Shown here in pieces: positions 19,283 to 28,789 of a stretch of 64,000 nucleotides of DNA. Source of the DNA: a bacterium (lineage in GTDB: Bacteria; UBA8248); assembly GCA_965203325.1 (NCBI GenBank), contig OZ241875.1, positions 4,328,712-4,392,711 of the forward strand, written 5' to 3'. The position numbers were made by a program, and so were the translations under genes. Each line of letters starts with the position of its first letter. Positions within the stretch are counted from its first letter, which is position 1. The notes under the pieces are model-generated. The model was not told the DNA's origin. It saw only the letters and a program-made list of their open reading frames with translations, and searched no databases.

Positions 19283-20380
19283 CTAGGGTCTGACGGCCAG
19301 CGTATGGTCGGGGTCGAGGCGCACGTACACCTTTTCGCCCACGCGCAGGCGCTCTCTCGAATGCGCCAACACCTTCCACTCGAATTCTCCCCACTTCACG
19401 CGGCAGTCGAGGCAGTTGCCCAGAAAGACGGACTGAATCACCTCGCCCTCGATCCTGGGGCCGTCCATGGGCTCGCGCGATGCGTCCACGTTCTCGGGGC
19501 GAACGGAGAGATAGGCCTCGTCGCCCTCCGAGAGGCCGTCGGCGAGCAGGCAGGGGAGTTGCACGTTGTCATCGCCCTGGGAGATTTCGATGGTACCGGC
19601 GCCCCCGCCGCCGTTTCCGACGATGCGGCCTTCGGTCAGGTTCGCCACGCCGATGAAATTGCTCACGAACTTGTTGACGGGCCGCGCGTAGATGTTATGG
19701 GGGCCGCCGGTTTGTTCGATGTGTCCCTTGCTCATCACAATAATCTCATCGCTCATCACGAGGGCTTCCGCCTGGTCGTGCGTCACGTAGATCGAGGTGA
19801 TGCCGATTTCGTGCTGGATACGCTTGAGTTCGACGCGCATCTGCTCCCTGAGTTTCAGGTCCAGGTTGCTGAGCGGCTCGTCGAAGAGCAGAAGGCGCGG
19901 CCGGAAGACCATCGCGCGCGCGAGGGCCGCCCTTTGCTGCTGGCCGCCCGAGAGCTGCGTGGCGTTTTTGTCCGCCATGTCGGTGAGGCCGACGATCTTG
20001 AGCGCCTCGGCGACGCGATCGTCGATCTCGGATTGCGCCATGTTGCGTATCTCGAGCGGGTAGGCCACGTTCTGGGTCACGTCCATGTGCGGCCAGATGG
20101 CGTAGCTTTGGAACACCATGCCGATGTTGCGCTTCTCCGGCGCGGTGTTGACGCGTTTTTCTATCGAGGTGACCGGTTCCGAACCGATGCGAATCTCGCC
20201 CGCATCCGGTTTGTGGAGGCCGGCGATGCACATGAGCGTCGTGGTCTTCCCGCAGCCCGAGGGACCGAGCAGGGTGAGGAATTTCCCCTCCGGAATGCCG
20301 AAGGAAATGCCGTCCACGGCGCGGTCGTCGCCGAAGTATTTGACGAGATGGTCGACCTGGAGATAGTTGTTTTCGCTCAT
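19283..20380 (-). CDS. ABC transporter ATP-binding protein (paralog of the downstream gene)
   Basis: GPSGCGKTT, LSGGQQQR, FDEPLSNLD. Confidence 0.95.
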   Translation of the reverse strand: MSENNYLQVDHLVKYFGDDRAVDGISFGIPEGKFLTLLGPSGCGKTTTLMCIAGLHKPDAGEIRIGSEPVTSIEKRVNTAPEKRNIGMVFQSYAIWPHMDVTQNVAYPLEIRNMAQSEIDDRVAEALKIVGLTDMADKNATQLSGGQQQRAALARAMVFRPRLLLFDEPLSNLDLKLREQMRVELKRIQHEIGITSIYVTHDQAEALVMSDEIIVMSKGHIEQTGGPHNIYARPVNKFVSNFIGVANLTEGRIVGNGGGGAGTIEISQGDDNVQLPCLLADGLSEGDEAYLSVRPENVDASREPMDGPRIEGEVIQSVFLGNCLDCRVKWGEFEWKVLAHSRERLRVGEKVYVRLDPDHTLAVRP

Positions 20381-20384
20381 CGTC

Positions 20385-22133
20385 TTATGCTGTCAGCGCC
20401 TCTTTGCCGGCGACTTTCCTGAAGAGCACGACGCAGATCAGCAGCGCGACCGTCTGCGCGATGGAAAGGGCCGACGTCATGGGTTCGTTCTCGAAGTTCG
20501 AGAGATAATACACACCGACGGAGAGCGTCTCCGTTCCGGCGGAATACAGTATGATGGAGATGGAGAGTTCCCTTAAGAAAATGACGAACAGCAGAATCCA
20601 CCCGGCGAAGATGCCCGGTTTGAGCAGCGGGATGGTGATTCTCCTGAGCGTTGTGAGCCACGTAGCCCCAGCCATGCGAGAACTCTGGTCGAGTTCCTCG
20701 GATACGGCCATCATGATGGAGGAGATGTTCCGCTGCCCGTAGGGGAAAAAGCGCGTGATGTAGCCGAGCAGCAGAATCCACAGCGTGGCGTAGATGGGTG
20801 TCCTGATGTAGGTGACGAGAACGCCCATCGCCAGCACGATGCCGGGGAAGCCGATGGGAATCACGCTCAGGAAATCGAGCACCCGCGCGCCGTAGCCCTT
20901 GGTGCGGTGGATCATGTAGCTCACGATGATGGCCACCACCATGGCGATGGAGGCGCCGCCGAACGCGAGGATGAAGCTGTTGATGATGCCGTTGGTGGCC
21001 GCCTGGATGCTCTCGGGCCACCAGAAGAAGAGCACCTTCTGGTAGTTCCAGAACGTGAGTTCCGACCAGATGATCCTCCCCGACCATATCTTGTGCAGGC
21101 TCACGAAGAAAAGGCAGATGGTGGGGAAAACCACGGCGACGCACACGTATAATACGTTGTATCCGAATGCGAGCCACCGCCATCCGCCCAGGTCGATGAG
21201 ATTCGGCCGGAAGCCCTTGCCGGTCACCGTCGTATAGGAACGCGGCGCGATGATTCTGTGCTGAACCCAGATGAAAAACGCCGTCACCACGCCCACCACC
21301 ATGCTCATCGCGGCGCCGAGGTAGTGGTTCGCGTCGTCTCCCACCGCTTTCGTGAATATCTGCGTCGTCAGCGTCTCCCAGCCGAAGGGTGCGGAGAGTT
21401 TGAAGGGGACGCCGAACTCCCCTGCCGTCGTCACGAACACGATGATGGCGCCCGAGAGAATCGCGGGCGTCACTAGGGGCAGTGTGATGGTAAATGTGGT
21501 TCGCAAGAGGCCCGCTCCCGTCGTGCGCGCGCTGTCTTCCAGCGATGGGTCCATGCGCCTGAGCGAGCCCACCACGAACAGGTAGACGAGGGGGGCGAAG
21601 AAAATGCCCGTCACCCAGATGACGCCCCACAGGTTGTTGACGTTGAACAGCGGGAAAGAAATGCCAAATACGGATTTCGCCATGTTGTTCAGCAGGCCGA
21701 CTTTCGGGGAGGCCAGATTGTGCCAGGCGATGGCGCCCACGAAAGGACTCAGGAAGAAGGGGATGAGGTTGAAGGGTTCGAGTTGCTCCCGGAACGGGCA
21801 GTTGGTTCTTGCGTTGATCCACGCGAGCGAAACGCCGAGCAACGTAGCCAGAATGGTGCAGCCCGTGCTGATGATGGCGGTATTGATGAGGGCTTTTCTG
21901 ATGACGCGGCCCTGGAATACCTCCCTGTAGTTCTGAAGCCCCCACTCGGTGTCGAACCCCAGGTCGTCGAGCACCAGAAAGCTGTTGATGACGAGCGCGA
22001 CCAGCGGCACGATGACCGCCACCGCCACGATGAGGCCGACGATGGTCGTGATGATGTTTTCCTGCGTGAACCAGGTGCGCCAGCCGCGCGGTGGAGCGAC
22101 GTCGATTTGGGGTGCTGCGGTATCCGTAGCCAT
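20385..22133 (-). CDS. ABC transporter permease, fused two-domain FbpB/ThiP type
   Basis: About 12 TM segments; two EAA-like loops (LEDSARTTGA, LDQSSRMAGA). Confidence 0.93.
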   Translation of the reverse strand: MATDTAAPQIDVAPPRGWRTWFTQENIITTIVGLIVAVAVIVPLVALVINSFLVLDDLGFDTEWGLQNYREVFQGRVIRKALINTAIISTGCTILATLLGVSLAWINARTNCPFREQLEPFNLIPFFLSPFVGAIAWHNLASPKVGLLNNMAKSVFGISFPLFNVNNLWGVIWVTGIFFAPLVYLFVVGSLRRMDPSLEDSARTTGAGLLRTTFTITLPLVTPAILSGAIIVFVTTAGEFGVPFKLSAPFGWETLTTQIFTKAVGDDANHYLGAAMSMVVGVVTAFFIWVQHRIIAPRSYTTVTGKGFRPNLIDLGGWRWLAFGYNVLYVCVAVVFPTICLFFVSLHKIWSGRIIWSELTFWNYQKVLFFWWPESIQAATNGIINSFILAFGGASIAMVVAIIVSYMIHRTKGYGARVLDFLSVIPIGFPGIVLAMGVLVTYIRTPIYATLWILLLGYITRFFPYGQRNISSIMMAVSEELDQSSRMAGATWLTTLRRITIPLLKPGIFAGWILLFVIFLRELSISIILYSAGTETLSVGVYYLSNFENEPMTSALSIAQTVALLICVVLFRKVAGKEALTA

Positions 22134-22393
22134 AATGTTATTGATGCAACCTTTCCTGCGAACGCAAGTCTTTTCGGGAATACGAACAAAAGAATATAAA
22201 GAAGGTCGTTTTCAAAAGCAACACGCCCCGCGATCCGTCACGTAGATTCGCAGGGGAGTTCGTCTTCTGAAAAATGCTCACTGCGCGTTACATCGCGAAG
22301 GCTCTGCCACGCCGGCGACGGCATAGCGATTCCGGCCAAGCTCTCGCGGCGTAACGCGCCGCTGATGTTCTTGGTTCGTTGCTTCATGCAAGA

Positions 22394-22424
22394 AGGGTGG
22401 GAGTCCAAAAAGGACTCCCACCCT
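22394..22424 (-). terminator. Stem-loop after the substrate-binding protein gene (terminator or mRNA-stabilising)
   Basis: AGGGTGGGAGTCC-AAAAA-GGACTCCCACCCT, perfect 13-bp stem. Confidence 0.75.
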
Positions 22425-22449
22425 ATCGAGCAACAATTAATAAAGCGTC

Positions 22450-23556
22450 CTACTTGAAGCGCTTGATGAATTCGGCGCGTGTCGCCTTGAACTTCTTCTG
22501 CGCTGCCACCCAGTCCTTGAGACCCAGCAGCTTGTGCTTGCTCAGGTCGAGAAGATAGGGAGCCACAGCCTTGGGCGGCTTGTAGCCGGCGCGGAAGCTG
22601 TAGACGGCCTCGCCTTCCACGTATACGTCGGTGCCCTCTTTGGTGAGGAGGAATTCAACCAGCAGTTTGGCCGCGTTGGGATTCGGCGCGCCTTTAAGAG
22701 CGACCGCCTGGTTGCCCAGCATGACCTGGCCTTCTTTGTAGTAGCCGGTCCTGAGGACTTTGGCGAGGTCGGGTTTCTTGAGGACGTTCTGATACACACG
22801 GCCCGTAATGTTCCAGGGGTCGAGGCCGCGCTCGCAGTTGATGAGCACCTGCATCTTGGGCTCTGTGCGGAACATGACGACGGGCTTCGTGGCTTTCAGG
22901 GCGTCCCAGTACTTGTTCATGTCCATGCCGTTTTCGATGAGCGAGATGACGGTGTTGGTGTAGGTGAAGCTCTTGGTGATGTCGCCGGCGATGGTCTGAC
23001 CCATCACCTTTTTGGAGATCGTGTCGGCGTAGGACGTGACGTTGAGGTCCTTCATGCCCTTGCAGGCGGTGTTCCACACCGGCTGGAAGGTGTAGGCCAG
23101 AGGGGTCACGACGTAGGGGTAGTTCGCGTACTGGCCGGCTTTCTTGATCACATCCGCGAAGTTTTTGTTCCACTCGGCGCTGTCGAGCTTCTGGAATGCG
23201 CCGCGCTTATGGGCCGCTGCGAAGAAGCCGGGCGCGCTCACTACGTGGACGTCGACGGTGAATTTGTTGGCCTTGATCTCCTGGGTCACCTGGGCGACGG
23301 TGGAGCCGGTGCCCTTGCGCAGGTTGCGGAACTTGAAGCCGTCGCCCAAGCCGTAATACTTGGCGAAGGCCGGGCCCATGCGCTTGGCCGTGCGGTCGCT
23401 GAACAGCGGGTTGATGATGGTGACGGCGCCCTCTTTTTTGGCCGCGCGTACGAGTTCTTTCTGGTTTTTCATCATCGCTTCGGATACGAGCACGCCCGAT
23501 GCGAAGACGGCCAGAGCCGCGACGGCGGCAACGAAGTAACGGATACGGGATTTCAT
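22450..23556 (-). CDS. ABC transporter extracellular solute-binding protein (Fe3+/SBP_bac_6-like)
   Basis: Signal peptide, AAKKEG, APNPNAAKLLVEFLL; GAGGAG RBS. Confidence 0.88.
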   Translation of the reverse strand: MKSRIRYFVAAVAALAVFASGVLVSEAMMKNQKELVRAAKKEGAVTIINPLFSDRTAKRMGPAFAKYYGLGDGFKFRNLRKGTGSTVAQVTQEIKANKFTVDVHVVSAPGFFAAAHKRGAFQKLDSAEWNKNFADVIKKAGQYANYPYVVTPLAYTFQPVWNTACKGMKDLNVTSYADTISKKVMGQTIAGDITKSFTYTNTVISLIENGMDMNKYWDALKATKPVVMFRTEPKMQVLINCERGLDPWNITGRVYQNVLKKPDLAKVLRTGYYKEGQVMLGNQAVALKGAPNPNAAKLLVEFLLTKEGTDVYVEGEAVYSFRAGYKPPKAVAPYLLDLSKHKLLGLKDWVAAQKKFKATRAEFIKRFK

Positions 23557-23929
23557 CGAAAATCTCCTCATGCTGGGATAGAGTGGAGGCCAAGCCCCCG
23601 GTTAATTTAAAAAGATTCGCTTAATTCGCATTCACCAGCAAACTCTCAGAAAGTAAAGAAAACGACGCAATAACCGCTTGCTTTGTTTACTGTCTGCGAA
23701 TTTTTGTGTTAGGGAAGATAGCAGATTCACAATGTCTGTCAAATGCCGTTTTTTGTTCCGGCAGGCGAAAACCCGTGTCGATTATTCGCACATCCCGGTC
23801 AAGAGGCGAGGGAAGGGAAGCGCCTTACCCGCAACTGGCGCGGGCAAGAGTACTCCGGCGCTTCATCGAGCCGCGTCCCCGTATGGTTTTCCATCGCAGG
23901 TTGGGATTTCGAGAGAGGATTTTTTGAAC

Positions 23930-24754
23930 GTGAAATCGACCGCATCACATCTTATTCAGAGCCACAGGCTGGTAGCCCCTCAGGGTTCGTTCATGGAACA
24001 TGTGGAGGTGATCCTCATCGGGGATGGACCTTACGTTCTCTTCGATGCGGGCTACCGCGAGTGTATTCCCGAGTTGCTCTCCTGGGTGGAAGCGCGCGCC
24101 GGGGATGCGCTGGAGAAACTCGTCCTGACGCACCACCACTTCGACCATTCCGGCGGCGCCGAGGCGGTTTGCGAGCGATTCAATGTTCCGGCCTACGCCC
24201 ATCCCCTGGAGATGCGATTGCTCGAAGAGGAACAGCCGGGTCTATCGGTTTCTCCGATCAGGGAAGGGGAATTCGTCGAGTTGGGAGGCATGCGCCTGGA
24301 AGCCGTTCTCACGCCGGGCCATTCTCCCGGACACCTTTCTTTCTGGTGGGAGGAGGAAAGGATTCTTTTGGGAGGCGACAATGTTTTGCTACCCTCCACG
24401 ACGGCGGTGACCGCGCCCAAGGGGAATCTGGGGGATTACCTCGAATCTCTGGAGAAGGTAAAGAAACTCGCGCCTCGCCTCATCTACCCCGGCCACGGCC
24501 CGGTGATCGAAGACCCGATTGGCCGCATCGACGAACTCATCGAACACCGCAAGATGCGCGATGAGCAGTATCTCGAAGCCTTGGAAGAGGGCCACGACAC
24601 GCCGGCCAAGATAGCGGAACTGATATATAAGGACTTGCCGGAGCCCCAGAGAGACCTGGGCGCCCGCGTAATAGAACTGCATCTCGAAAGATTCGTAAAA
24701 TCCGGAGAAGTCGCTTGCGCCGACGGGCGCTATTCATTGACGGGTTCGATTTAG
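23930..24754 (+). CDS. MBL-fold metallo-hydrolase (LACTB2-like, with C-terminal winged helix)
   Basis: THHHFDHSGG, TPGHSPGH, GD, PGHG; start GTG 23930 or TTG 23924. Confidence 0.9.
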   Translation: MKSTASHLIQSHRLVAPQGSFMEHVEVILIGDGPYVLFDAGYRECIPELLSWVEARAGDALEKLVLTHHHFDHSGGAEAVCERFNVPAYAHPLEMRLLEEEQPGLSVSPIREGEFVELGGMRLEAVLTPGHSPGHLSFWWEEERILLGGDNVLLPSTTAVTAPKGNLGDYLESLEKVKKLAPRLIYPGHGPVIEDPIGRIDELIEHRKMRDEQYLEALEEGHDTPAKIAELIYKDLPEPQRDLGARVIELHLERFVKSGEVACADGRYSLTGSI

Positions 24755-24766
24755 GGGAGAGGGCTT

Positions 24767-25576
24767 TTGCTCACCAACTGTCACACGCTGGTTCTGCGGG
24801 CGCTGCTGGAGCGCCACCCCGAGATGCCTCATCCCGGGGATGACGCCTACGTCTACAACGTGGCGCCCGACTCCCTGCCCCTCTCGGGGGAATTCAAGCC
24901 CCGGGACACCCACCGCTTCGCCCCGCCTGAGGGCGTGATGGAGCGATTCCCGAAACTCTTGTGGGTGAAATGCCATCTGGTGGTCGACAACCTGTGTCAC
25001 TACGGGAGCGTCGCCAAGAAAAAGAGCGGATTGTCTCCCTCTCAAAAACAGGGTTACACCTACCGCAAGGGGGTTGAACTCATCCCATTGATGCGCGAAT
25101 TCACGCAAGAATTGGGCGTTGCGCCCGATGAGGCGAGTCTCCACTATCTTGCGCACGTTTTGGTCGAAATCGCAGTCGACTACGCCATCCATCTCGACGA
25201 CGGGACCGTGGGAGAGCAGCTTCGCGATGCGCAGGACGCGATGACGGAAGCGCAAAAACGCGACTACGCCGAGGGTCTCGGCGCCTTGTATGGCTGTAAG
25301 CCTGAGAAAGTCGCGCGCGCGCGCGGCGCTCCCCGTAAGTTCTATGGAGATTGGCACGACGTGGAGCATCTCTTCGTGAATGGACGGACGAAAATCGTCC
25401 TGAGGAAGCTCGGGTTGCCCTTCAGCGAGGAGAACACGGAGCGGACGTGCCGCCTCATCGAAGAGGGGGCGCGGTTGACGAGCGATTACATGGATTTCAT
25501 CGATGAGTCCGTGGATGCGCTCTCGGATTGGGCGGCCTGGGAAGGAGAGGTCGCCATAGAGGGCGCGGGTTTTTGA
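24767..25576 (+). CDS. Hypothetical protein, possibly zinc-dependent phospholipase C/P1-nuclease-like fold
   Basis: N-terminal H, APD, TH, CHLVVDNLCH, HVLVEIAVD metal-ligand pattern. Confidence 0.55.
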   Translation: MLTNCHTLVLRALLERHPEMPHPGDDAYVYNVAPDSLPLSGEFKPRDTHRFAPPEGVMERFPKLLWVKCHLVVDNLCHYGSVAKKKSGLSPSQKQGYTYRKGVELIPLMREFTQELGVAPDEASLHYLAHVLVEIAVDYAIHLDDGTVGEQLRDAQDAMTEAQKRDYAEGLGALYGCKPEKVARARGAPRKFYGDWHDVEHLFVNGRTKIVLRKLGLPFSEENTERTCRLIEEGARLTSDYMDFIDESVDALSDWAAWEGEVAIEGAGF

Positions 25577-25739
25577 CTTCGCGCACATCGCCGGTTAAAC
25601 ATTATGGAAATTATCCGTCCGTCTGCATGAGGACTTTGCCGGGCATTAGCCGGGCATTAGAAAAGGGGCATCCGGGCGAGGTAGACTGCCCCTGCGTTCG
25701 AGTGAGTATTTTTTCCGAGGGAAGCGGGGTGACGGGTGG

Positions 25740-25907
25740 TCAATCCTGGGCTGGCGGGCGTGGCGACAGCCAGCCTTCCATCACGCCTTCGATGTGTGAT
25801 ATCCGCGCATCGAGTCCGCTTATTTTTCGCCACAGGGAAAACCAGCCCAGTCCGAACAGGATGATCATCGGGAAGTTGGATTGATCCAGTAATGTGACCC
25901 AGTTCAT
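25740..25907 (-). CDS. Small membrane protein (55 aa, TM plus coiled coil), below the ORF-track cut-off
   Basis: AAGGA RBS; MNWVTLLDQSNFPMIILFGLGWFSLWRKISGLDARISHIEGVMEGWLSPRPPAQD. Confidence 0.55.
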   Translation of the reverse strand: MNWVTLLDQSNFPMIILFGLGWFSLWRKISGLDARISHIEGVMEGWLSPRPPAQD

Positions 25908-26160
25908 TGTATTCTATCCTTATAAAAGAAATGTAACTGGGTCCCCAGATACAATTAAGTCCTAGCACATATGTTCAAGGACATCAATTCTCCCGTTCAG
26001 GGAGGTTGTTTCAACGCCGCTGGCCAAGCGAAAAACACCGCACAATACAACGCTCTTCCGCGCTATTTTTCCAGTTTTTGCGCAGGAAAATCCTGTAGTT
26101 TCAGGTTTGTTTCTGCTTCTACGACGAGCCGGGTTTTCCCGGTCGTCGGAGTTGCGAGTT

Positions 26161-26433
26161 CTAGTTCACGGAGGCCTTCAGGCCCGCTCCCGCCTTGAAC
26201 TTCGGCACGGTGGCCGCCGCCACCATAATCTCCTCGCCCGTTCTCGGGTTGCGCGCCTTGCGGGCCGCCCGCTGGGAGACGCTGAATGTGCCGAAACCCG
26301 TGAGCGTCACTTTATCTCCGCTCTTGAGCGCCGAGGTTACAGCGCCCACGAATGCGTCGACTACGCCCTGGGCGCTCGACTTGCTCAGGTTCGCCTGTGC
26401 GGCGATGGCGTCTGCGAGTTCACCTTTGTTCAT
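26161..26433 (-). CDS. hup: DNA-binding protein HU
   Basis: MNKGEL, GFGTFSV, RNPRTGE, PKFKAG. Confidence 0.97.
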   Translation of the reverse strand: MNKGELADAIAAQANLSKSSAQGVVDAFVGAVTSALKSGDKVTLTGFGTFSVSQRAARKARNPRTGEEIMVAAATVPKFKAGAGLKASVN

Positions 26434-26653
26434 TTCTTCTTCTCCTCTTTCGCCCTGAGCGGCGCGCGGGCGGTGCGTGCGCGCTCACGCCTTCTCTGTT
26501 TGCTGAAACGATGTCCAACAACAGAAATCCAAAAATGTGTTAGGCGGAAATGAAATACAGGGCGGGCAATTCCTTAATGACGAGCGAATTATAGCTATCT
26601 ATACCATTACTTGCAAGCGCAAAACGCTTGTCTGTCAAGGGATCGCGCTGAAG

Positions 26654-27898
26654 TCACCGGGCGGGGAATTTCCACATGGCATCGTTGCCGACCATCTGAT
26701 CGTAGGAGAAAAGCGCGACGCCATCGGCGCCGGCCGTTCGGGCGGCGCGCCATTCGCGCCACAGGCCCGCCGGGTTTTTGGTGAATAGGTATGCTCCCAG
26801 GCCGATGACGACCCCGGGTGCATGCGGAGTCGGGGTTTTCACTCTCTTGGCGGCGAGTGCGCTTCGGCTGATTTGAGCAGCCAGATGTACATCCCCGGTA
26901 TAGTTCATGACCACGGCCTTATGCAGAAACCCTTTTTCGAGCCAGCCCCGCCAGTCCTGAAACGCGGAGAGATAGGCTCGTTCCGCCCAGGGAAGAACTG
27001 CAGCAGAAACAATCACTTGCCTCCTTAAACCTGTGGTCGTTTCATAAACGCCGCGAACCGCCGCCGTGACTTGCGCACGGCGCCACTCATCCCATGCCGT
27101 GCTGTCGGCGCGCTTCACGCTCACGTCGGCGCGCGGCGCGGTTTTCCGGGTCTCTTGCTCGAAACGGGCGGCCGAGGCCTCGTTGTAGCCGAAATCAAGA
27201 CGCGGGGAAAAACGCGATCCCGGCGATATGGGAAGCGCGTAGGGGTAGCGGATGAAATCGAGGTGGACCCCCGCAAGGCGCGGATAGTTCCGCACGAGGT
27301 GCGCCGCGACGGCTATGATGCGTTTTCGGACCCCCAGGTTGCCTGGATCGAGAAAAATTCCCGGTGTTCCGAGACCGAAGCCTTTCGCCCAAGCGGGTTT
27401 TCCCGAAAGGGGATATTCGAGCAGCGAGCGCCCGTATTGATCCTTCAGCACGGCTTCTTCCCCGAGCTCACGGATGATGGGCGCTTTTTTGTTTCTTGCG
27501 AGCGCGAATGCGTTTATCCACGCATGGACCCTGATGGGGCGCTCGCTTTCCTCGCCTCGGGAGGCCAGATCGAGCAGCAAGGCCAGCGGGTCTTCCCCGG
27601 CGCGTTTCGCGGGAGAGTCATCGGCCAGCGACGTTGCGAACCACGCGCGGCCCGAGCGGTAGACCTGCGTGTAGATGTCCGTAACGCCCGCAGAGCGCGC
27701 GCGCTTTACCAGCGCCTTGATTTTATCTGCGCTGTCCAAGGTTCTGTTCGCACCTTCCGCCTGCACCCAAAGGCCGACTTCGAAGGGTTTGGGTGCGAAG
27801 AGGCGCCCGAGGGAATTCTCGTGAAACGAAGAACATCCAGAGACTAGGAGCGCGATAAGCAAGAGACAGAGCGCGCCGGCGCGCGGGAATCGATTCAT
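26654..27898 (-). CDS. Glycoside hydrolase family 10-like (GHL10, YddW/DigH-like) lipoprotein
   Basis: Lipobox LVSGC, DPL, VHAWIN, FLDPG, GVHLDFIRYP, QDW..W. Confidence 0.85.
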   Translation of the reverse strand: MNRFPRAGALCLLLIALLVSGCSSFHENSLGRLFAPKPFEVGLWVQAEGANRTLDSADKIKALVKRARSAGVTDIYTQVYRSGRAWFATSLADDSPAKRAGEDPLALLLDLASRGEESERPIRVHAWINAFALARNKKAPIIRELGEEAVLKDQYGRSLLEYPLSGKPAWAKGFGLGTPGIFLDPGNLGVRKRIIAVAAHLVRNYPRLAGVHLDFIRYPYALPISPGSRFSPRLDFGYNEASAARFEQETRKTAPRADVSVKRADSTAWDEWRRAQVTAAVRGVYETTTGLRRQVIVSAAVLPWAERAYLSAFQDWRGWLEKGFLHKAVVMNYTGDVHLAAQISRSALAAKRVKTPTPHAPGVVIGLGAYLFTKNPAGLWREWRAARTAGADGVALFSYDQMVGNDAMWKFPAR

Positions 27899-28034
27899 GC
27901 GGGATTTTCCGCGGGCGGGAACAGATGCGCACAAACTACACTTTGCACCGGGGGGAGGTCAACGCAAAATGTGAGGATTTTAGGAGAAAAAGCCTGACGG
28001 ACGAAAGTGCGCACTCGCCCGAGGCGGCATCCCG

Positions 28035-28595
28035 TTATTCGGCGTCCAAGGCTTTTCTTGCCGTCGAGGCGGCCTCGGCAAGGGCTCTTTCTTCCGTCTC
28101 CCGCATGGCCTCGCCCTGAATTTCACGGTATGCCTCGATAGCGTTTTGGGTCGATATCCCTCCCTCGAGCGCGTCCCAGCCGGCCAGCGCCGCGCCCAGA
28201 TGAGCCGCCTCGGGCGCTGCGGCGTGCTCCGACGCGATGGCGTCGATATCCACCGAGGCGATGCGGATATCGCGGCCATGGATGGCGCTTTGCGTGTTGA
28301 GGACGAGGACGCCGCCCGGTTTGAGCGCATTGCCCATCGGAGGCACGACGGCGAGGAAGGGGTCGCAGACGATTTCCAGATCGTATTCCGCCGGGATGGC
28401 GAGGTCGGGGAGTTGTTCGCGTGAAATTTTCACCACGGCTCGGTCGGGAGAACCCGGGGGAGAGGGAAAGCCGGGCGTGCGCACCTGGGCGGAGAACCCG
28501 GCCTGGTTGGCTGCGCCGGCGAAGATGCGCGCTGTGCTCAGGAAAAGAGCCCCCCCGCCGATTTCGCGTCTTCCATGAAAACAAACCACGCGCAT
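28035..28595 (-). CDS. 2-oxoacid:ferredoxin oxidoreductase gamma-subunit-like protein (divergent, stand-alone)
   Basis: FHGR..GG, AVVKIS, YD..IVCDP, LKPGGVLVLNT, VD.DAIA, AHLGA. Confidence 0.65.
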   Translation of the reverse strand: MRVVCFHGRREIGGGALFLSTARIFAGAANQAGFSAQVRTPGFPSPPGSPDRAVVKISREQLPDLAIPAEYDLEIVCDPFLAVVPPMGNALKPGGVLVLNTQSAIHGRDIRIASVDIDAIASEHAAAPEAAHLGAALAGWDALEGGISTQNAIEAYREIQGEAMRETEERALAEAASTARKALDAE

Positions 28596-28789
28596 GTTGT
28601 ATTCCCGTTCTCAAGGAGAAAAAACACAAACCCTTCAACTGCCATATCAAATACGAAGTTTCTTTTCCATGTTTCAAGTTGACATCGAAAACGCGCGCTC
28701 GCAATATGGCCCCAGGGAATTTCCCCAATACCTGCGTTTCCGAAGTTTCTCCTCGCGCGGGCGGTGAACTAAAAAATGGAGAGTGCGGT

